A DNA stretch of 64,000 bases from Octopus bimaculoides (Eukaryota). A program made the position numbers and the translations under genes. This document shows, one piece after another, positions 13,171-26,172 of this stretch. Where the stretch lies: contig NC_068984.1 in the NCBI RefSeq assembly GCF_001194135.2, positions 119,740,660 through 119,804,659 of the forward strand, in the 5' to 3' direction. The number at the start of each line of letters is the position of its first letter. The stretch's first letter is position 1. The notes beneath the pieces were generated by a model. The model ran no database searches and was not told where the DNA came from. It saw nothing but the letters and a program-made list of their open reading frames with translations.

Positions 13171-14104
13171 GTAAGTTTCATTTATTTATTTTTCGTTCTT
13201 CCAGCTTGTCATCTCTGTTGCACATTGGAGCTGATTCTTATATCCAAATTGGGGGAGCCTTCTAATGACATAGATGCTATATTTCTTTCGTTTCCCTTAG
13301 TAATGTTAAAAAGTTCAGTAGAAAGGGAGAATTTATGGATCACTAATAAAACTTTTTGCAAGTATTTTGAAAATATCTCATGGAGTGATGACTGTTTCCT
13401 GCATAGTTACAAGCTGCCCTTTGCAAGGCATAACACCTGTTCAACCACCCTGTGAGGAACACAGCAAAGTCATGAGACTGCAGTATGGTGGATTGTGAAG
13501 AGGCAACAGAAGAACTCACTTGAGTCAACTGTGCTTCTTACATTGATGCTGATTAGAGGAATCCTTGTCAGGATCACCAAGCTCTATCAAGGGAGTTACT
13601 GCAACGCATCTGTAGGCGCAGCATCCAAGTTGCTTAATCAACTAATGAAAGATTTGCTGTGACTCAAGCTCCTGATTCAAATTGGATGGCAACAGAGAGA
13701 CATGGAATTGCATGCAAGTAGCATAACCAAATGATGAACATCAGTAGTACCCAAAATAAGCATTTAGTTTTATCCCAGTCTTTACAGCAAAAATCTATAT
13801 ATTGAACTGAACACATATTCATTGAGAAGAAAATTCATTCACCCAAGAAACAATACTGATTACAGTCTATGTAATGAGTTTGATGAATCTGTAATCATAA
13901 ACCATTTTATTACTTGACATTAGATTTCCTCATAAACATACCCAAATTACTTGAATCTCATGGTTAAAATTACCCCTTAGAGACCTGTAATTTGGAAACA
14001 TGAAATCTTGATTGGTCTGTGTGAAGTCTTTGTTTATTTCTATTATGTTCTTAGAGATGTTTATATATGTTTACACCTTCTTTTCAAAAGTAATTGAAAC
14101 TCAG

Positions 14105-14833
14105 CACCATACGACAGTGAAAATGGGCTGTGACAGCTGAGGACATATGTAGGGTGTAAAGTTGGGCATAAGAGGCATTGGATGTAGTGTGAAAGGGAGA
14201 TGATTGTCCTGGTATGGTCATGTGATGCACATGGACAAGGACAGCTGTGTAAAGAAGTGCTCATTTCTAACTGTTGAGAGAACCTGTGGTAGAGGTAGAC
14301 CCAGGAAGACATGGGAGGAGGTGGTGAAGCATGATCCTTGAACTTTGGGTCTCACAGAGGCAAAGACTAGTGACAGAGACCTTTGGTGATATGCAGTGTT
14401 TGAGAAAACCTGTTAAGCCAAGTGAAATTATTGTCATGGCCAATGCTGGTGTCATGTAAGAGGCATGTAAAAAAAGCACCTTTTCAGTGTTGGGCCTCAC
14501 AGAGGCAAAGTGGCCGATGCTGGTGGCATACGAAAAACTCCTTTTGAGTGTTAGGCCTCATGGAGGCAATGATGAATGACTGAGACCTTAGCATTATGTT
14601 ATGCTTGAGAAGAAGACCTATCAAGCCAAGTAAAATTGCAGTCGTGGCAGATACTGGTGTCACACAAATGACATGTAAAAGCATTCATTACACTCTTGTA
14701 GTGGTTGACGTTAGGAAGGGCATCCAGCTGTAGAAACCATGACAAATCAGATTGGAGTCTGGTACAGCCTCCCAGCTTGCCAGCCCTGGTCAAACCGTCC
14801 AACCCATGTCAACATGGACAATGGGTGTTAAAT
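14105..14833 (+). mobile_element. RTE-clade LINE 3' end (ORF2 tail and 3' UTR)
   Basis: KLGIRGIGCSVKGR*LSWYGHVMHMDKDSCVKKC..VERTCGRGRPRKTWEEVVKHD, followed by the same 3' UTR repeat (gttaggaagggcatccagctgtagaaacc...gttaaatgat). Confidence 0.85.
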
Positions 14834-15459
14834 GATCCTCCCCTCCTCCAACCCTCCTCAAGGCGTTGAGCTGGCAGAATCGTTAGCACACCGGGTAAAA
14901 TGTTTAGCTGTATTTCGTCCATCTTTACATTCTGAGTTCAAATTCCGCCAAGGTCGACTTTGCCTTTCACCCTTTTAGCGTCAATAGATTAAGAACCAGT
15001 CAAGTACTGGGATCGATGTGATCGACTTACCTCCTCCCCACAAATTTCAGGCCTTGTGTGTATAGTAGAAAGGATTATTATTATTATATATATATATATA
15101 TATATAAGATATATTACAGACATTAAAAGATAGCATTACGTTTTTAAAATTTTGTCAGCGTGGCATCTGTTCAAGGGAATTAACTCTATTTATATAATGG
15201 GAGTTGTCTACCGTTGATCTCTTTTTACGATATCTGTATTGTTAGCTCTGTCTTGCTGCAGTTTTATGGTTTCATTCATCTGTGTATGTGCGCGCGCTCT
15301 TGTAGATTTCCGCCGCTGCTTAAATTAATTTTCAAATATTATCCGTCTTTTAGTTTACATTACCTTATTTATTAATTTTATTTATTGCTTAGCACCAAAT
15401 TATCTCTAGTTTAACGTAACCAATGGTCAATGACATTCCAAACTTGACTTTTTTTATTC

Positions 15460-15693
15460 TATTCTTTTACTCTTTTACTTGTTTCAGTCATTTGACTGCG
15501 GCCATGCTGGAGCACCGCCTTAAAGGGTTTATAGTCGAAGAAACCGACTCCAGAACTTATTCTTTGCAAGCCTAGTACTTATTCTATTGGTCTGTTTTGC
15601 CGAACTGCTAAGTTACTGGGATGTAAACACACCAACATCGGTTGTCAAACGATGGTGGGGAACAAACACAGACACAAAGACACACACACATAG

Positions 15694-15770
<77 letters not shown>

Positions 15771-15905
15771 ACGGGCTTCTTTCAGTCTTTGTTTCCCAAA
15801 TCCACTCACAAAGCTTTGGTTGGCCTGTGGCTATAGTAGAAGACACTTGCCCAAGGTTTCATGCAGTAGGACTGAACCCAGACCCATGTGGTTGGGAAGC
15901 AAGCT
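15460..15905 (-). mobile_element. Composite SINE, same family, reverse orientation
   Basis: Tail C (tcttttacttgtttcagtcatttgactgcggcc...), (CA)/(TA)n linker, then the reverse complement of the head (aaatccactcacaaagctttggttggcc..acttgcccaagg..ggactgaaccc). Confidence 0.75.
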
Positions 15906-16779
15906 TCTTCCCGTTCCCTTTATACCTAGGATTTCATTATCAAATGTGGTATTTTTTCTTTATTAGAGAGTAGGATGTATGAAGAAGGAGATTTAGCTGC
16001 TATTTCTACCAGATTGAGCAACTGCATAGAGGCTTCCCTTGTCAAGTTGATTTTCCCCTGTGTATGTGTGTATGTGTGTGTGTAGCTTATGTGAATTTTA
16101 ATTTCATCTCCATAATGTAAGATTGATATTTGAGATAGTTGTGGGGGTGTTGGGAGTTGTGGGTGGGGGGCAATATCAAGTGAAAGGCGACCAAAAAAAA
16201 AAGTAAAAGAAAGTTGTCTGTTGTGAATTACAATTACGAGTTGTTCATTAACTTCTGTCTATTGTACCTGATAAAAGGCAGTTGTTGCAGCTGAGTAACA
16301 TTCCATTGCATATGATGCAGTGTAAAATTTCACTGCATTTGATGCAGAGAATAATACTGCAGTTGCACATATATGAACATGTCTTTGTTTTCCTTGTGTT
16401 AAGATTCTTTCTTTTTTTATCTTTTTCTTTTTTTTTTATTTGCAACAAACTTATTCTTTTCTATTAGGCAATGATTGGATAGAGCTAATGATAAAAAAGA
16501 ATTACTTAGAACAAAAAACAGAAAAAAAAGAATTTAGTTTAAGTTCTTGTATAATAGGCACAGATTACTTCTCAACCACATGGATCTGGGTTCATTCCCA
16601 CTGTGTGGCATCTTGGTCAAGTGTCTTCTACTATAGCATCAGGTCAACCAAAGCCTTGTAAGTGGATTTGGCAGATGGAAACTGAAAGAAGCTCGTCAGA
16701 TATATATATATATTCAATTTTTTCTCTCCGTGTTTTTCTCCTTGTTTTCTCCTTGTTTTTCTCCTTGTTTTCTCCGTAT

Positions 16780-16816
16780 TCTTTCTGTTGAAGAGCGTAG
16801 CTCAAAACGTTAAAGA
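16780..16816 (+). ncRNA. Decayed minimal hammerhead-like motif (CUGUUGA variant)
   Basis: TCTTT-CTGTTGA-A-GAG CGTAG CTC-AAAA-CGTT^AAAGA. Helix I is 5 bp, helix II is 3 bp, and the AACGTT palindrome is present. The G of GAAA reads A. It lies in a 195-bp insert (16713-16907) between two TA tracts. Confidence 0.45.
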
Positions 16817-16905
16817 CTTTCTGTATTCCCGAGCGTCAAACTAATACATCCTTTTGTTGTTTACACCACCTGTCCTCGTCTGTTGTTTTTTTTTCGTACA
16901 TTCTC

Positions 16906-16946
<41 letters not shown>

Positions 16947-17328
16947 GGGCCAAAAATCATGCACAAATTAAGTTCAATATGCTCTGAAAATATCAAAGAC
17001 ACGTTTCAATTTTTCTAAAATTGAATGAAATAAATAAAATAATGATGTATACACATGTACTTGTATAAGATGAACAACATAATAATAATGATAATAATAA
17101 TCCTTTCTGTTGCAGGCTCAATGCCTGAAATTTTTGGGGAGGAGACTAGTTGATTACATCAACCCCAGTGTTTCAGTGGTCCTTAATTTGTAGACCCTAA
17201 AAGGATGAAAGGCAAAGTCGACCTCAGCAGAATTCAAACTCAGAATGTAGTGATGGGTGAAATACTGCCAAACATTTCATCCAGTTTGCTGCTAATGACT
17301 CTGCCAGCTTGCTGCCTTAATGATAATG

Positions 17329-17382
<54 letters not shown>

Positions 17383-18464
17383 TAATGTAAATAAAATGTC
17401 AAATGTTTTGATGTGTGACTTTTGGCCCAGCCTATATATATTTATTTATAGAGGTGTGTTTGTGTGTTTGCATTTGTTCTCTACCACCACTTGATAACTT
17501 GTGTTGGTTTGTTTACACCCCCATAACTTAGTGGTTCGGGATGTGAGACCAAATAGAATAAGTACCAGGCTTAAAAGTATAAGTACTGGGGTCAATTCAT
17601 TCAATTAAAACCCTTCAAGGTGGTGCCCCAGTATGACTGTAGTCCTATGACAAACAAGTGAAAAAACAAATGATAAAAGATAAATTTATGGACTGGTCTT
17701 CTGCGTTGGAAACTGCGTTTGAATAGATTTGAATTTCAGTAAATAAACAACAGAATTTATAAAACTCCTTCAACCTACATCCATTGTGTGCTGAGAACCA
17801 AATATTCAAGACAGGCACACTTTTGATAGAATACTACAGTATTTCTAGCTATTTCGTATTTTCCATCCCTCTTTAAACATCTACTAATATTGTTTTTACA
17901 ACATTCAATGTTTGCTTTATCTTTTTATCTCATATTTTTTACTTGTTTCAATCATTAGACTGTGGCCATGTTGGGGCACTGCCTTGAAGAATTTTAGTCA
18001 GACAAATCGACCCCAGTACCATTTTTTCTTTAAAACCTGGTACTTATTTTATTGGCCTCTTTTGCTGAACTGCTAAGTTACAGGGATGTAAGCAGTGGTG
18101 GGAAACAAACACAAACACACACATACAAATATATATATATATATGGGCTTATTTCAGTTTCCATCTACTAAATCCACTTACAAGGCTTTGGTTGGCCTGA
18201 GGCTATAGTAGAAGACACTTGCCCAAGGTACCATGCAGTGAGACTGAACCCGGAACCATTGTGCCTTTATAGAGTGATATTCAAATTTGTTTTATAATGT
18301 TAAGTAAACCTACTTCTTTGCACACTGTACACAAATCTGCATATATTTAACATTTTCTCAGCTAAGCTAGTTGCAGTCTTATTTTATTGAAATGTTTTTT
18401 TTCCTGCACTTCGTATATTCATACTAATGTTTGTATTGAGAAAGATATATGATCTGTAGTAGTA

Positions 18465-18850
18465 GTATCATCATTGTTTTAATGTCTACTTTTCCATGCT
18501 TGCATTGGTCAGACAGAATTTGTTGAGGCAGATTTTCTATGGCCAGATGCCCTTCCTGTCACAAACCCTCACCTGTTACCATGGAAGGTAATATTTCTCT
18601 ATGGCCAGACATGTTTTCACAGAAGGCTGGTTGTGAACACTTATATGATGGTGACACTTGTTCACTGCCATCACTCAATGTCAAAACAAGGAAGCAAATG
18701 TCATGCACTCATATATTAATATATATATGGCAGGCTTCTATCAGTTTCCATCTATCAAATCGACTCACAAAAACACTTTCCCAAGTTGCCATGCAGTAAG
18801 ATTGAACCTGAAACCACGTAATTGGGAAGTGAATTTCTTAACCTCACAAT
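18465..18850 (-). mobile_element. Composite SINE: same head joined to a different tail (tail I)
   Basis: atcatcattgttttaatgtc..gaatttgttgaggcagattttct..ggtaatatttc.., then a microsatellite, then the reversed head. Tail I also occurs at about 7380-7620, 22100-22280, 30180-30430, 41125-41270, 56190-56410 and 57370-57620. Confidence 0.6.
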
Positions 18851-20239
18851 CATGCATACAACTAGCAATGAATATTGAAGTATAACAAGGTTGTGAGCTG
18901 TCAGAATTGTTAGCACACCGGGTAAAATGCTTAGAGGTATTTCCTTTGACTTTATGTTCTGAGATAAAATTCCACTGAGGTCAACTTTGCCTTTCATTCT
19001 TTTGAAGTTGATTAAATAAGTACCAGTTGAACACTGAGGGTCAATGTAATCGACTTATTCCCTCTCTCAAATTTGCTGGCCTTGTGCCAAAATTTGAAAC
19101 CAATATTAAAGTATAACACACACATATATATATGCATGTAAGCCATCTAAGAGTTCATAAGTCAGGAAAAAATGCATTTGTATATTGTCAGTTGAGTGGG
19201 CATATTAATTGAAATGTACAGTATTATATATTCATTATGTCTGATCTCTAGAGAGTAGTTACCATATTTCATTCCATAAGAGCTACCTCTGATGAGCACA
19301 GGGTTACATAATCAAGTTGTTAACTAACACTCTGTTGAACCTCTAGTGCGAAACTGATTGGTAAGATCAGCCATAATGCATATATAATACTGTACACTTT
19401 GATTAATATATATATATATATACAAACTGCAATAATGAGATATAAATAACAGTCTCTCATAATATTAGAGGTTCAATAAACCTTCTTTATTTTAACTGAT
19501 CATGATTTTGCTTGAATAACACATAGAACTGCTAATCTAGTGATGGTATGTATATTCAGCAATCAGATTGGAAATGTTAATCGAACACTATTTTTCTGTG
19601 CTCTGAAAAGTGGGATTCCTCTCTGATAAAGGGACACATCTGAAATATTGTTTTCCACTTTTTGTGTTATACCAATATGCAATTCTCATAATTTGTATTC
19701 CCTATTTTCTTTTGATCATTTTGGCAAATACCTTTCATGAATGCATTGGTTAAATGGGAGAAGTGTTTGCAAAACCTTTGCACGGAAAATACAACTCTTG
19801 ATATTCTAAAATATAGCTTCGTTTATTTCTGTTCTAAATGTGACAGCATTCATTCAGACATGGCTGTTTGTCAGTAGATGATGTAAGACAGTTATACTTA
19901 TCTGATACCAATGTTGTGTGTTCACCAATGTTAGGTTACTAGACACATTTAAACTATGCAAATGACTTTAATAGTAAGAGACTTTCATAGCTTAACATAA
20001 GCATTATAGAAAACAGATAACCTTGATGAACAAATACATTTCTTTCAGTTTTATAACCATCATTCTATGTTATATTCAAGGTGAATATTTCTGAAAGAAA
20101 GAAATTGAAATAGTTGCATGAGCACCTCTTCATCATATATATTTGCTTGCAATTCGTCAGTGTCTCACTTATTTTCCTTTCCCTCTTTTCATCATTCACT
20201 ACGTAATAATTCTCCAAGCCTTCATTTTTGACTCCATTG

Positions 20240-20271
<32 letters not shown>

Positions 20272-21440
20272 TGAAGTGATTTGATATATCAAACTCTTGT
20301 CAGGTCACTGGTAACCACTGTGCTTACTCTTTACCCTGAACACTTTAATAAAGTGAGCTTTATTAAAGTGTTCAGGTTGGCTGTTCTTACAGTGAATACC
20401 AGTCCTACCCTTGTATCTTTCCTCTCTCTCTCTTATTATCAATTCTCTTTTCTGATTTCCATTTAGGTGAGATGTGGTTTATAACAACTGCATTCCATCT
20501 AGCAAAAATGAATGAAAGAAAAAGTAATTTTGTCTGATAGGCGTTTTTACTCAGTTTAATAATGACTCTGGTATTAATGTTTTCATATACTGGTTAGAAC
20601 AGTTGGGTATATGATCTCAAAAGCACTATCAAATCCGATATGCAATGCAGAAAAATTTGAAGTGTCTGTTATGATGACTCTTAGCCATCATTAAACAATA
20701 ACACTACTTATTTTAGCTAATTAATCTCAGAATGGTTAGTTAAAAAGCAAGAAGAATTGGGCAAGTAGTAGAGATATTGTTGTGCAGGTAACTTGATGTA
20801 TGTCGAGAGTAGGAATGAAGTAGAAAGGTGAATTGACCATACTGAAGTTGTGTAAAGATAATTGTTATTGTATTGGTTTGGTAGCTATTCTGAGAGTATA
20901 GACATACTGTTAACGGAGGAATAGACACTTAATGTGGTTTGGTTGAATAATAGAATATTGACTGTTGCTAGAGAACGGAAGATTAAGAAGAAGTCATAGT
21001 GAAAGTTAACTGTAAATGATAGAGTTACTTTTTTAACCATTGTATGGAATTACAATGTTCGTAATAGGAAAAACCAGGAAGGAAGGATGTATTGGTGTTT
21101 GGAAGCCATTGTCATGGTATAATAAATGAAGTTAGCTTTAGGGATTCCTTGATATGGGTGACTTACTATCTATAATACAAGCTTCATAAAGCTAGCTTAC
21201 TTATAGTAGGATTGAGATATAGATTGATTTTGCTTATAGAGATAAGATGGAAAAGAAGAGAACTAATGGTTAAAAAACAAAACAAAATGATGAATGCCTG
21301 TTCCTAAAGGGCATCGATTGTAATATTGCTATAATATAGTAAAGAATATACCAAGAGCTTTTTTTTTAGCCAGCATTATGTATTATAATGATTATAAACC
21401 ATTCGTCTGTACAATATGTCCATGGACACAAAAACAGGGA

Positions 21441-21490
21441 ACAATTGTATGCAAGTTTCAACTCTTATTGAAATCATCATCAGCAACTGT
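21441..21490 (-). ncRNA. Type I hammerhead ribozyme motif, copy 1 (one helix III substitution)
   Basis: Minus strand: ACAGTTG-CTGATGA-T-GATTT CAATAA GAGTT-GAAAC-TTGC-ATA^CAATTGT. Helix I is 7 bp and helix II is 5 bp (with G.U pairs). G16.2 reads A, consistent with CpG decay. Confidence 0.7.
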
Positions 21491-21796
21491 GTACTTTTTT
21501 CACCTGTCCATGAACACACTGTTTATAAAACCCACCATAAGGCAGTGAGCTGGCGGAATTGTTAGCGTGCTGAGCAAAATACTTTGTCTGCCTTTATGTT
21601 CTGTGTTCAAATTCTGCCGAGGTCAACACTTTTCTAAGCGGGTAGGCTGAACGTTAAAATATAAGTGTGTTAGCGTCATTTCATTGCTATAATAAATTAT
21701 AGACCATATCTATAGATTTTTTTAGCCAACAGTGCTTGTTCTTACTGTTATAAACAAGTCATCTGTACAATATATCTGTGAACAGAAAAAGGGGGC

Positions 21797-21846
21797 ATAA
21801 TTGTATGCATGTTTCAATTCTTATTGGAACCATCATCAGCTACTGT
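21797..21846 (-). ncRNA. Type I hammerhead ribozyme motif, copy 2 (more decayed helix I)
   Basis: Minus strand: ACAGTAG-CTGATGA-T-GGTTC CAATAA GAATT-GAAAC-ATGC-ATA^CAATTAT. It lies 356 bp from copy 1 inside a duplicated unit. Confidence 0.6.
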
Positions 21847-22324
21847 GAACTTTCTTTTGTCCTACTTTAGGAGTGTGTTCCAATTAGTATTAGGGGCCAA
21901 AGTAAACCAGATAGATCAATTTGCATATTAAGCACTTTTCTAGACAGCTAGCTCAAACATTAAATTACTGTAAGCTACTGATCTCTCTTTGTGGATGGAA
22001 CAGCCAAATAGTGAGCTTCATCTCATTTCTATCTTTTTATCTTTTTACTTGTTTCAGTCATTGAACTGAAATAAACTCGTGTGTGTGTGTGTGTGTGTGT
22101 GTCCTTGTCTTGACATTGTGTAATAATCATGAATGAGCAACACAGTTATGTAAGTGTTAAGCTCTGATGCCAATTTCCCATAACATAACAAGCCTTTAGG
22201 AAGTTAAACCTTGCTTGGAAACAAGTAAAGGGTTGGTGATAGGAAGGGCACCTGGCTGTACTAAAATGCCTCTATTACATAGAGATAAACCATGCTAGCA
22301 TAAAAATGAATGAATGACTACATT

Positions 22325-22420
<96 letters not shown>

Positions 22421-22619
22421 CATATATAAAATGTATTTGTTCATTGTTTTGGTTTATTTGTTGCTTGAGAGAATTACCACCATCTGTGATCCTCTCAAGC
22501 AAGATGAGAATGTTAAATGTAAAATGCAAGGCATAGAAGACATAAAATAAAGAAAAAAATCATATGGTTAGAAATTATTATTTTTTTATATTTTCAGCTG
22601 TTATTTCATGGTATCATTT

Positions 22620-22790
22620 TGTCCTCGCCGTCGCCACCGCCATCACCATTGTCGTCGTCGTCGTCCTCCTCCTCCTCCTCCTCCTATTCCTCCATTTCTT
22701 CCCCCTCTTTTTCTTCCTTCTCCTCCTCCATTTCTTCCTTCTCCTCCTCCACTTCTTCTTCCTTCTCCTCCTCCTTTCCTCCTTTGACTT
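22620..22790. repeat. Compound (GTC)/(CTC)/(TTC)n trinucleotide tract
   Basis: Direct reading; it explains the poly-Leu and poly-Arg ORFs. Similar (CAC/CAT)n tracts lie at 37790-38000 and 43290-43420. Confidence 0.85.
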
Positions 22791-23334
22791 AGAGTTTTCC
22801 AGTGACATCTATTTCACTTAACTAAAAGAGTTTTCTTTTTTGTTTCAAAAAATGTTTTTTTTTTCTTGGGTGTTTTACTTTGTTGTATATTGTAAATAAA
22901 TGCTTTTTTATTTTATTTTATTTTTTTAATTTATTTTCTTTTGCAATACCTTTCCATCATTTTCCATAAAACAGTTAGGATGTAGTTTCGATAAAGTAGC
23001 ACAGATAACAACTCAAGGTCTTTCATATTTCCTGAGCTACTGAAAAGAGTGGAAAGCTTAAAACTGCTTGTCAAATTGTTTAACCCCCCCCACCCCTCCA
23101 AAAAGCAAATAGGTACAAACATGGCTGTCTAGTTAAGAAGTTTGATTTGCAACCACATGATTTAGGTTTAGTCCCACTGTGCAGAACCTTGAACAGGTAT
23201 CTTCCACTATAGTCTTAGGCTGATCAAACCCTTGTGAGTGAGTTTGATGGAAGAAAACTATATGAAAACCTAATGTATATTTTTTTTTTTGTGTGTGTGT
23301 GTGTGTCACTATTTAGTTTTATTTCAAGACTTAT

Positions 23335-23700
23335 TGCTGTTGAAGGGTATCTATGTGTGCATGTGAAATATTTATGTATTAATCTATGGAAAATCCTTCC
23401 CACATAAGTCTTGACGTTGAGCGAGAAGGGTGGAACAAACCAAACAATGTTTCTGCGGTGTATCCTTTTCCAGGTGCTAGGGCCTGGCATGTAGGAGATG
23501 CCATCCTTAAACCCACTCGATGCTAGTGCTTCGTAGTAGGGTAGAGAGCAGCGGCATTGAAGATATCGTAGAGGATAGATTCAAGATCCTCTTGCTTACA
23601 CCCTTCACTAGGTTCTTGAAAACTACAGGTGGGTGGCAGGAGGCTGTGCTAATATAGGACAGCTTCTCGTTTGGCTTGTGATAGAGTCTGACAAGCTATC
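23335..23700 (-). mobile_element. Penelope-like element RT C-terminal/linker fragment (second PLE family)
   Basis: Minus strand translates, with one frameshift, to RLYHKPNEKLSYISTASCHPPVVFKNLVKGVSKRILNLSS / DIFNAAALYPYYEALASSGFKDGISY...RRNIVWFVPPFSLNVKTYVGRIFHRLIHKYF. These are the PLE-typical HPP and RNIxWFxPPFSxNVKT motifs. Confidence 0.8.
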
Positions 23701-23770
23701 CACAAAGCTGTGGCTTTCATGAATAAGAAACCTTTGGTAACTATGACCAGAATTTAACTTTTTGTTTTAA

Positions 23771-23801
<31 letters not shown>

Positions 23802-25055
23802 TTCCTTATTTATTTAGTGTAAACTATGGTTTACACGATAAATTACCTACCTCTGGATACCTTCTAACAAAGACGGTACCCACACAGGTAATCTTCAGGA
23901 GCGCCTTCGGATTTAATTATCCCTTAGTTGCTTGAACACTTCTAGCCTACCATTTGAATGTTTAAACAATCCTAACTTATACCTATATATTTATTTATTT
24001 ATTTGTGTGCTCTTTCTGTATCTGCTTGTCGCCCACTGCTACTTGACAACCAGTGTTGGTATTTTTATGTCCCTGTAACTTAGTGCTGAGACAAAAGATA
24101 TCAATAGAATAAGTGCCAGGCTTTACAGAAAAATACTATGTACTGGGTTGATTTGTTCGACTAAAATTCTTCAAGGCAGTGTCCTAGCATGGTCACATCT
24201 TGGGCAAGTGTCTTCTACTATAGCCTTGGGCAGACCAAAGCCTTGTGAGTGGATTTGGTTGACAGAAACTGTAAGAAGCTTGTCGGTATGTATATGTGTG
24301 TGTGTGTGTATGTGTGTGTGTGTGTATGTTTGTGTATGTTTGTGTTTGTCCCCCATCACCATTTGACAACCAGTGTTTGTGAGTTTACATCCCCATAACT
24401 TAGCAGTACGGCCTGAGAGACCAATAGAATAAGTACTATGCTTGAGAAAATAAGTCCTGGGGTTGACTTGTTCTACTAAAGACCCTTTAAGGCAGTGCTC
24501 CAGCATGGCCACAACTAAACGAATAAAAGAATAAAATGATGATGATGATGAGCTCATAGTGCTGGTTATTCATTTATAGCTGAATCGACTGGAGCAACAA
24601 GAAGAACACAATGGACCATCTGGTCTGGGAATTGAAACCTTGATCTTGTGATTGTGAGCGCAACACCTTAATCACTAGTCTATGTGCCCTCACTAGTACA
24701 TTACAGGTCCTTGTTTTATCTCGTATGGAAAGGAGGAACAGTAAAGTGTACACAAGTAGGATTTGAAATCAGAATGTAATGGGACTGACTGAATACCACA
24801 AGATATTGGGTGCATAACTTTTCTGTTCCATCATTTTTGCTGAAGATTAAATATTTGCACAAATGGATGGGTTTTCTGAAAGAAAAAAAAACAAAACAAA
24901 AAAACAAAACAAAAACGTAATCATTCTATTCCAGTTTGGGAAGCTGTTGTGCATTTTAATGATAACTTAAGAAATATCATTTCAGAGCTTTTACTGTTTC
25001 ATATAATAATAATAATAATAATGTTTTATATAATGAATGATGATAATATTGTTTC

Positions 25056-25103
<48 letters not shown>

Positions 25104-25689
25104 CAACAGCAACAACAGAAACAAGGATTTGAAATCAATAATTATCAACCTGAAATTTTAATCCCTTTTCCCTTTTCACAATTCCTCTGAATAATGCTTC
25201 TGCTATCAGTCTTTTTTTTTTTTTGCTGTTTTCTTTCACCATATTTGAATTACAATTATTATGAGCTGTCTTCTTTTATATAGCAAAGTAAGAAAATAAA
25301 ACAAAACAAAATCCCCCCAAAACTCACTATGTAAAATCCAAATTATAGAACAGTAGTGTTATCACTTATATAAAAGGTTCTCACATTCCCTTTTCTTTCT
25401 GCTTTATTTGGGAAGAATTTTCTTTCTAAAGTGTTTCAATAGATAAATTTAATGAATATAAATTTAAAGGTATGGATTATTGAAAGAAATGGTGGGAGGG
25501 AAAATATAATAAAGAAGAAAAGAAATGTCCCACTACCAAACCTTAAAAAAGATGAGTGTGCAGTTTAGAAGCTTGCTGTGCAACCATATGGTTTCAGATT
25601 CAGTCCTACTGCACAGAACCTTGGGCAAGTGTGAGGCCAACCAATTCCTTATGAGTGAATTTGGTTGAAGGAAACTGTGGAACCCTGGC

Positions 25690-26172
25690 CCGGCTTGCTA
25701 TGTAGAAAAGGGGTTCGGAGAAGCTTCATAAGGTACACCCAGTGCAAGCTATGGACTCATAAGAGGTGCAACAGTATCACTGGAAGACAAACAGAGAAAG
25801 TAGTTTTTACATTTGGCAGATGTACAAGTACATTAAACATCAGGAATATACAAAAAATAGACTCCCTCAAATGTCAGTGGGGGGGATCCTTAGAAGTAGT
25901 AGATGGTTTTCGTTACTTAGGTGACCAAGTTAGTAGTGGGGGAGGTCATTCTGAATGCATAGCTGCTAGAATAAGAATAGGCTGGGCAAAGTTCAGAGAA
26001 ATACTACCTCTGTTGGTAACGAAGGGCCTCTCCCTCAGAATGAAAGGCAGATTGTATGATGCCTGTGTATGAACAGCTATGCTACATGGTAGTGAGACAT
26101 GGACTGTGATTACTGGGAATATGCAAAGGCTTGAAAGAAATGAAGTCAGTAAGCACTGATGGATGGGTAATT
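25690..26172 (+). mobile_element. RTE-clade LINE ORF2 fragment (RT C-terminal region), truncated at both ends
   Basis: LEVVDGFRYLGDQVSSGGG..ARIRIGWAKFREILPLLVTKGLSLRMKGRLYDACV*TAMLHGSETW..MQRLERNE. Confidence 0.88.

Noticed and set aside
13099-13455. 118-aa ORF as a single-exon gene
   Set aside because: Only 13109-13170 is bounded by splice sites and fits the thioredoxin pattern. The rest is intron read-through, with at most a faint RTE-like NISW..FARH trace.
21930-21975. TTT-CTAGA..CAAACATT-AAA resembling a very decayed minimal HHR
   Set aside because: Too many core substitutions would be required.
23830-23960. CTGAAGA plus TACC/GGTA hairpin near the PLE fragment
   Set aside because: No GAAA follows, and the nearby CCGAAG cannot be fitted to any HHR topology.
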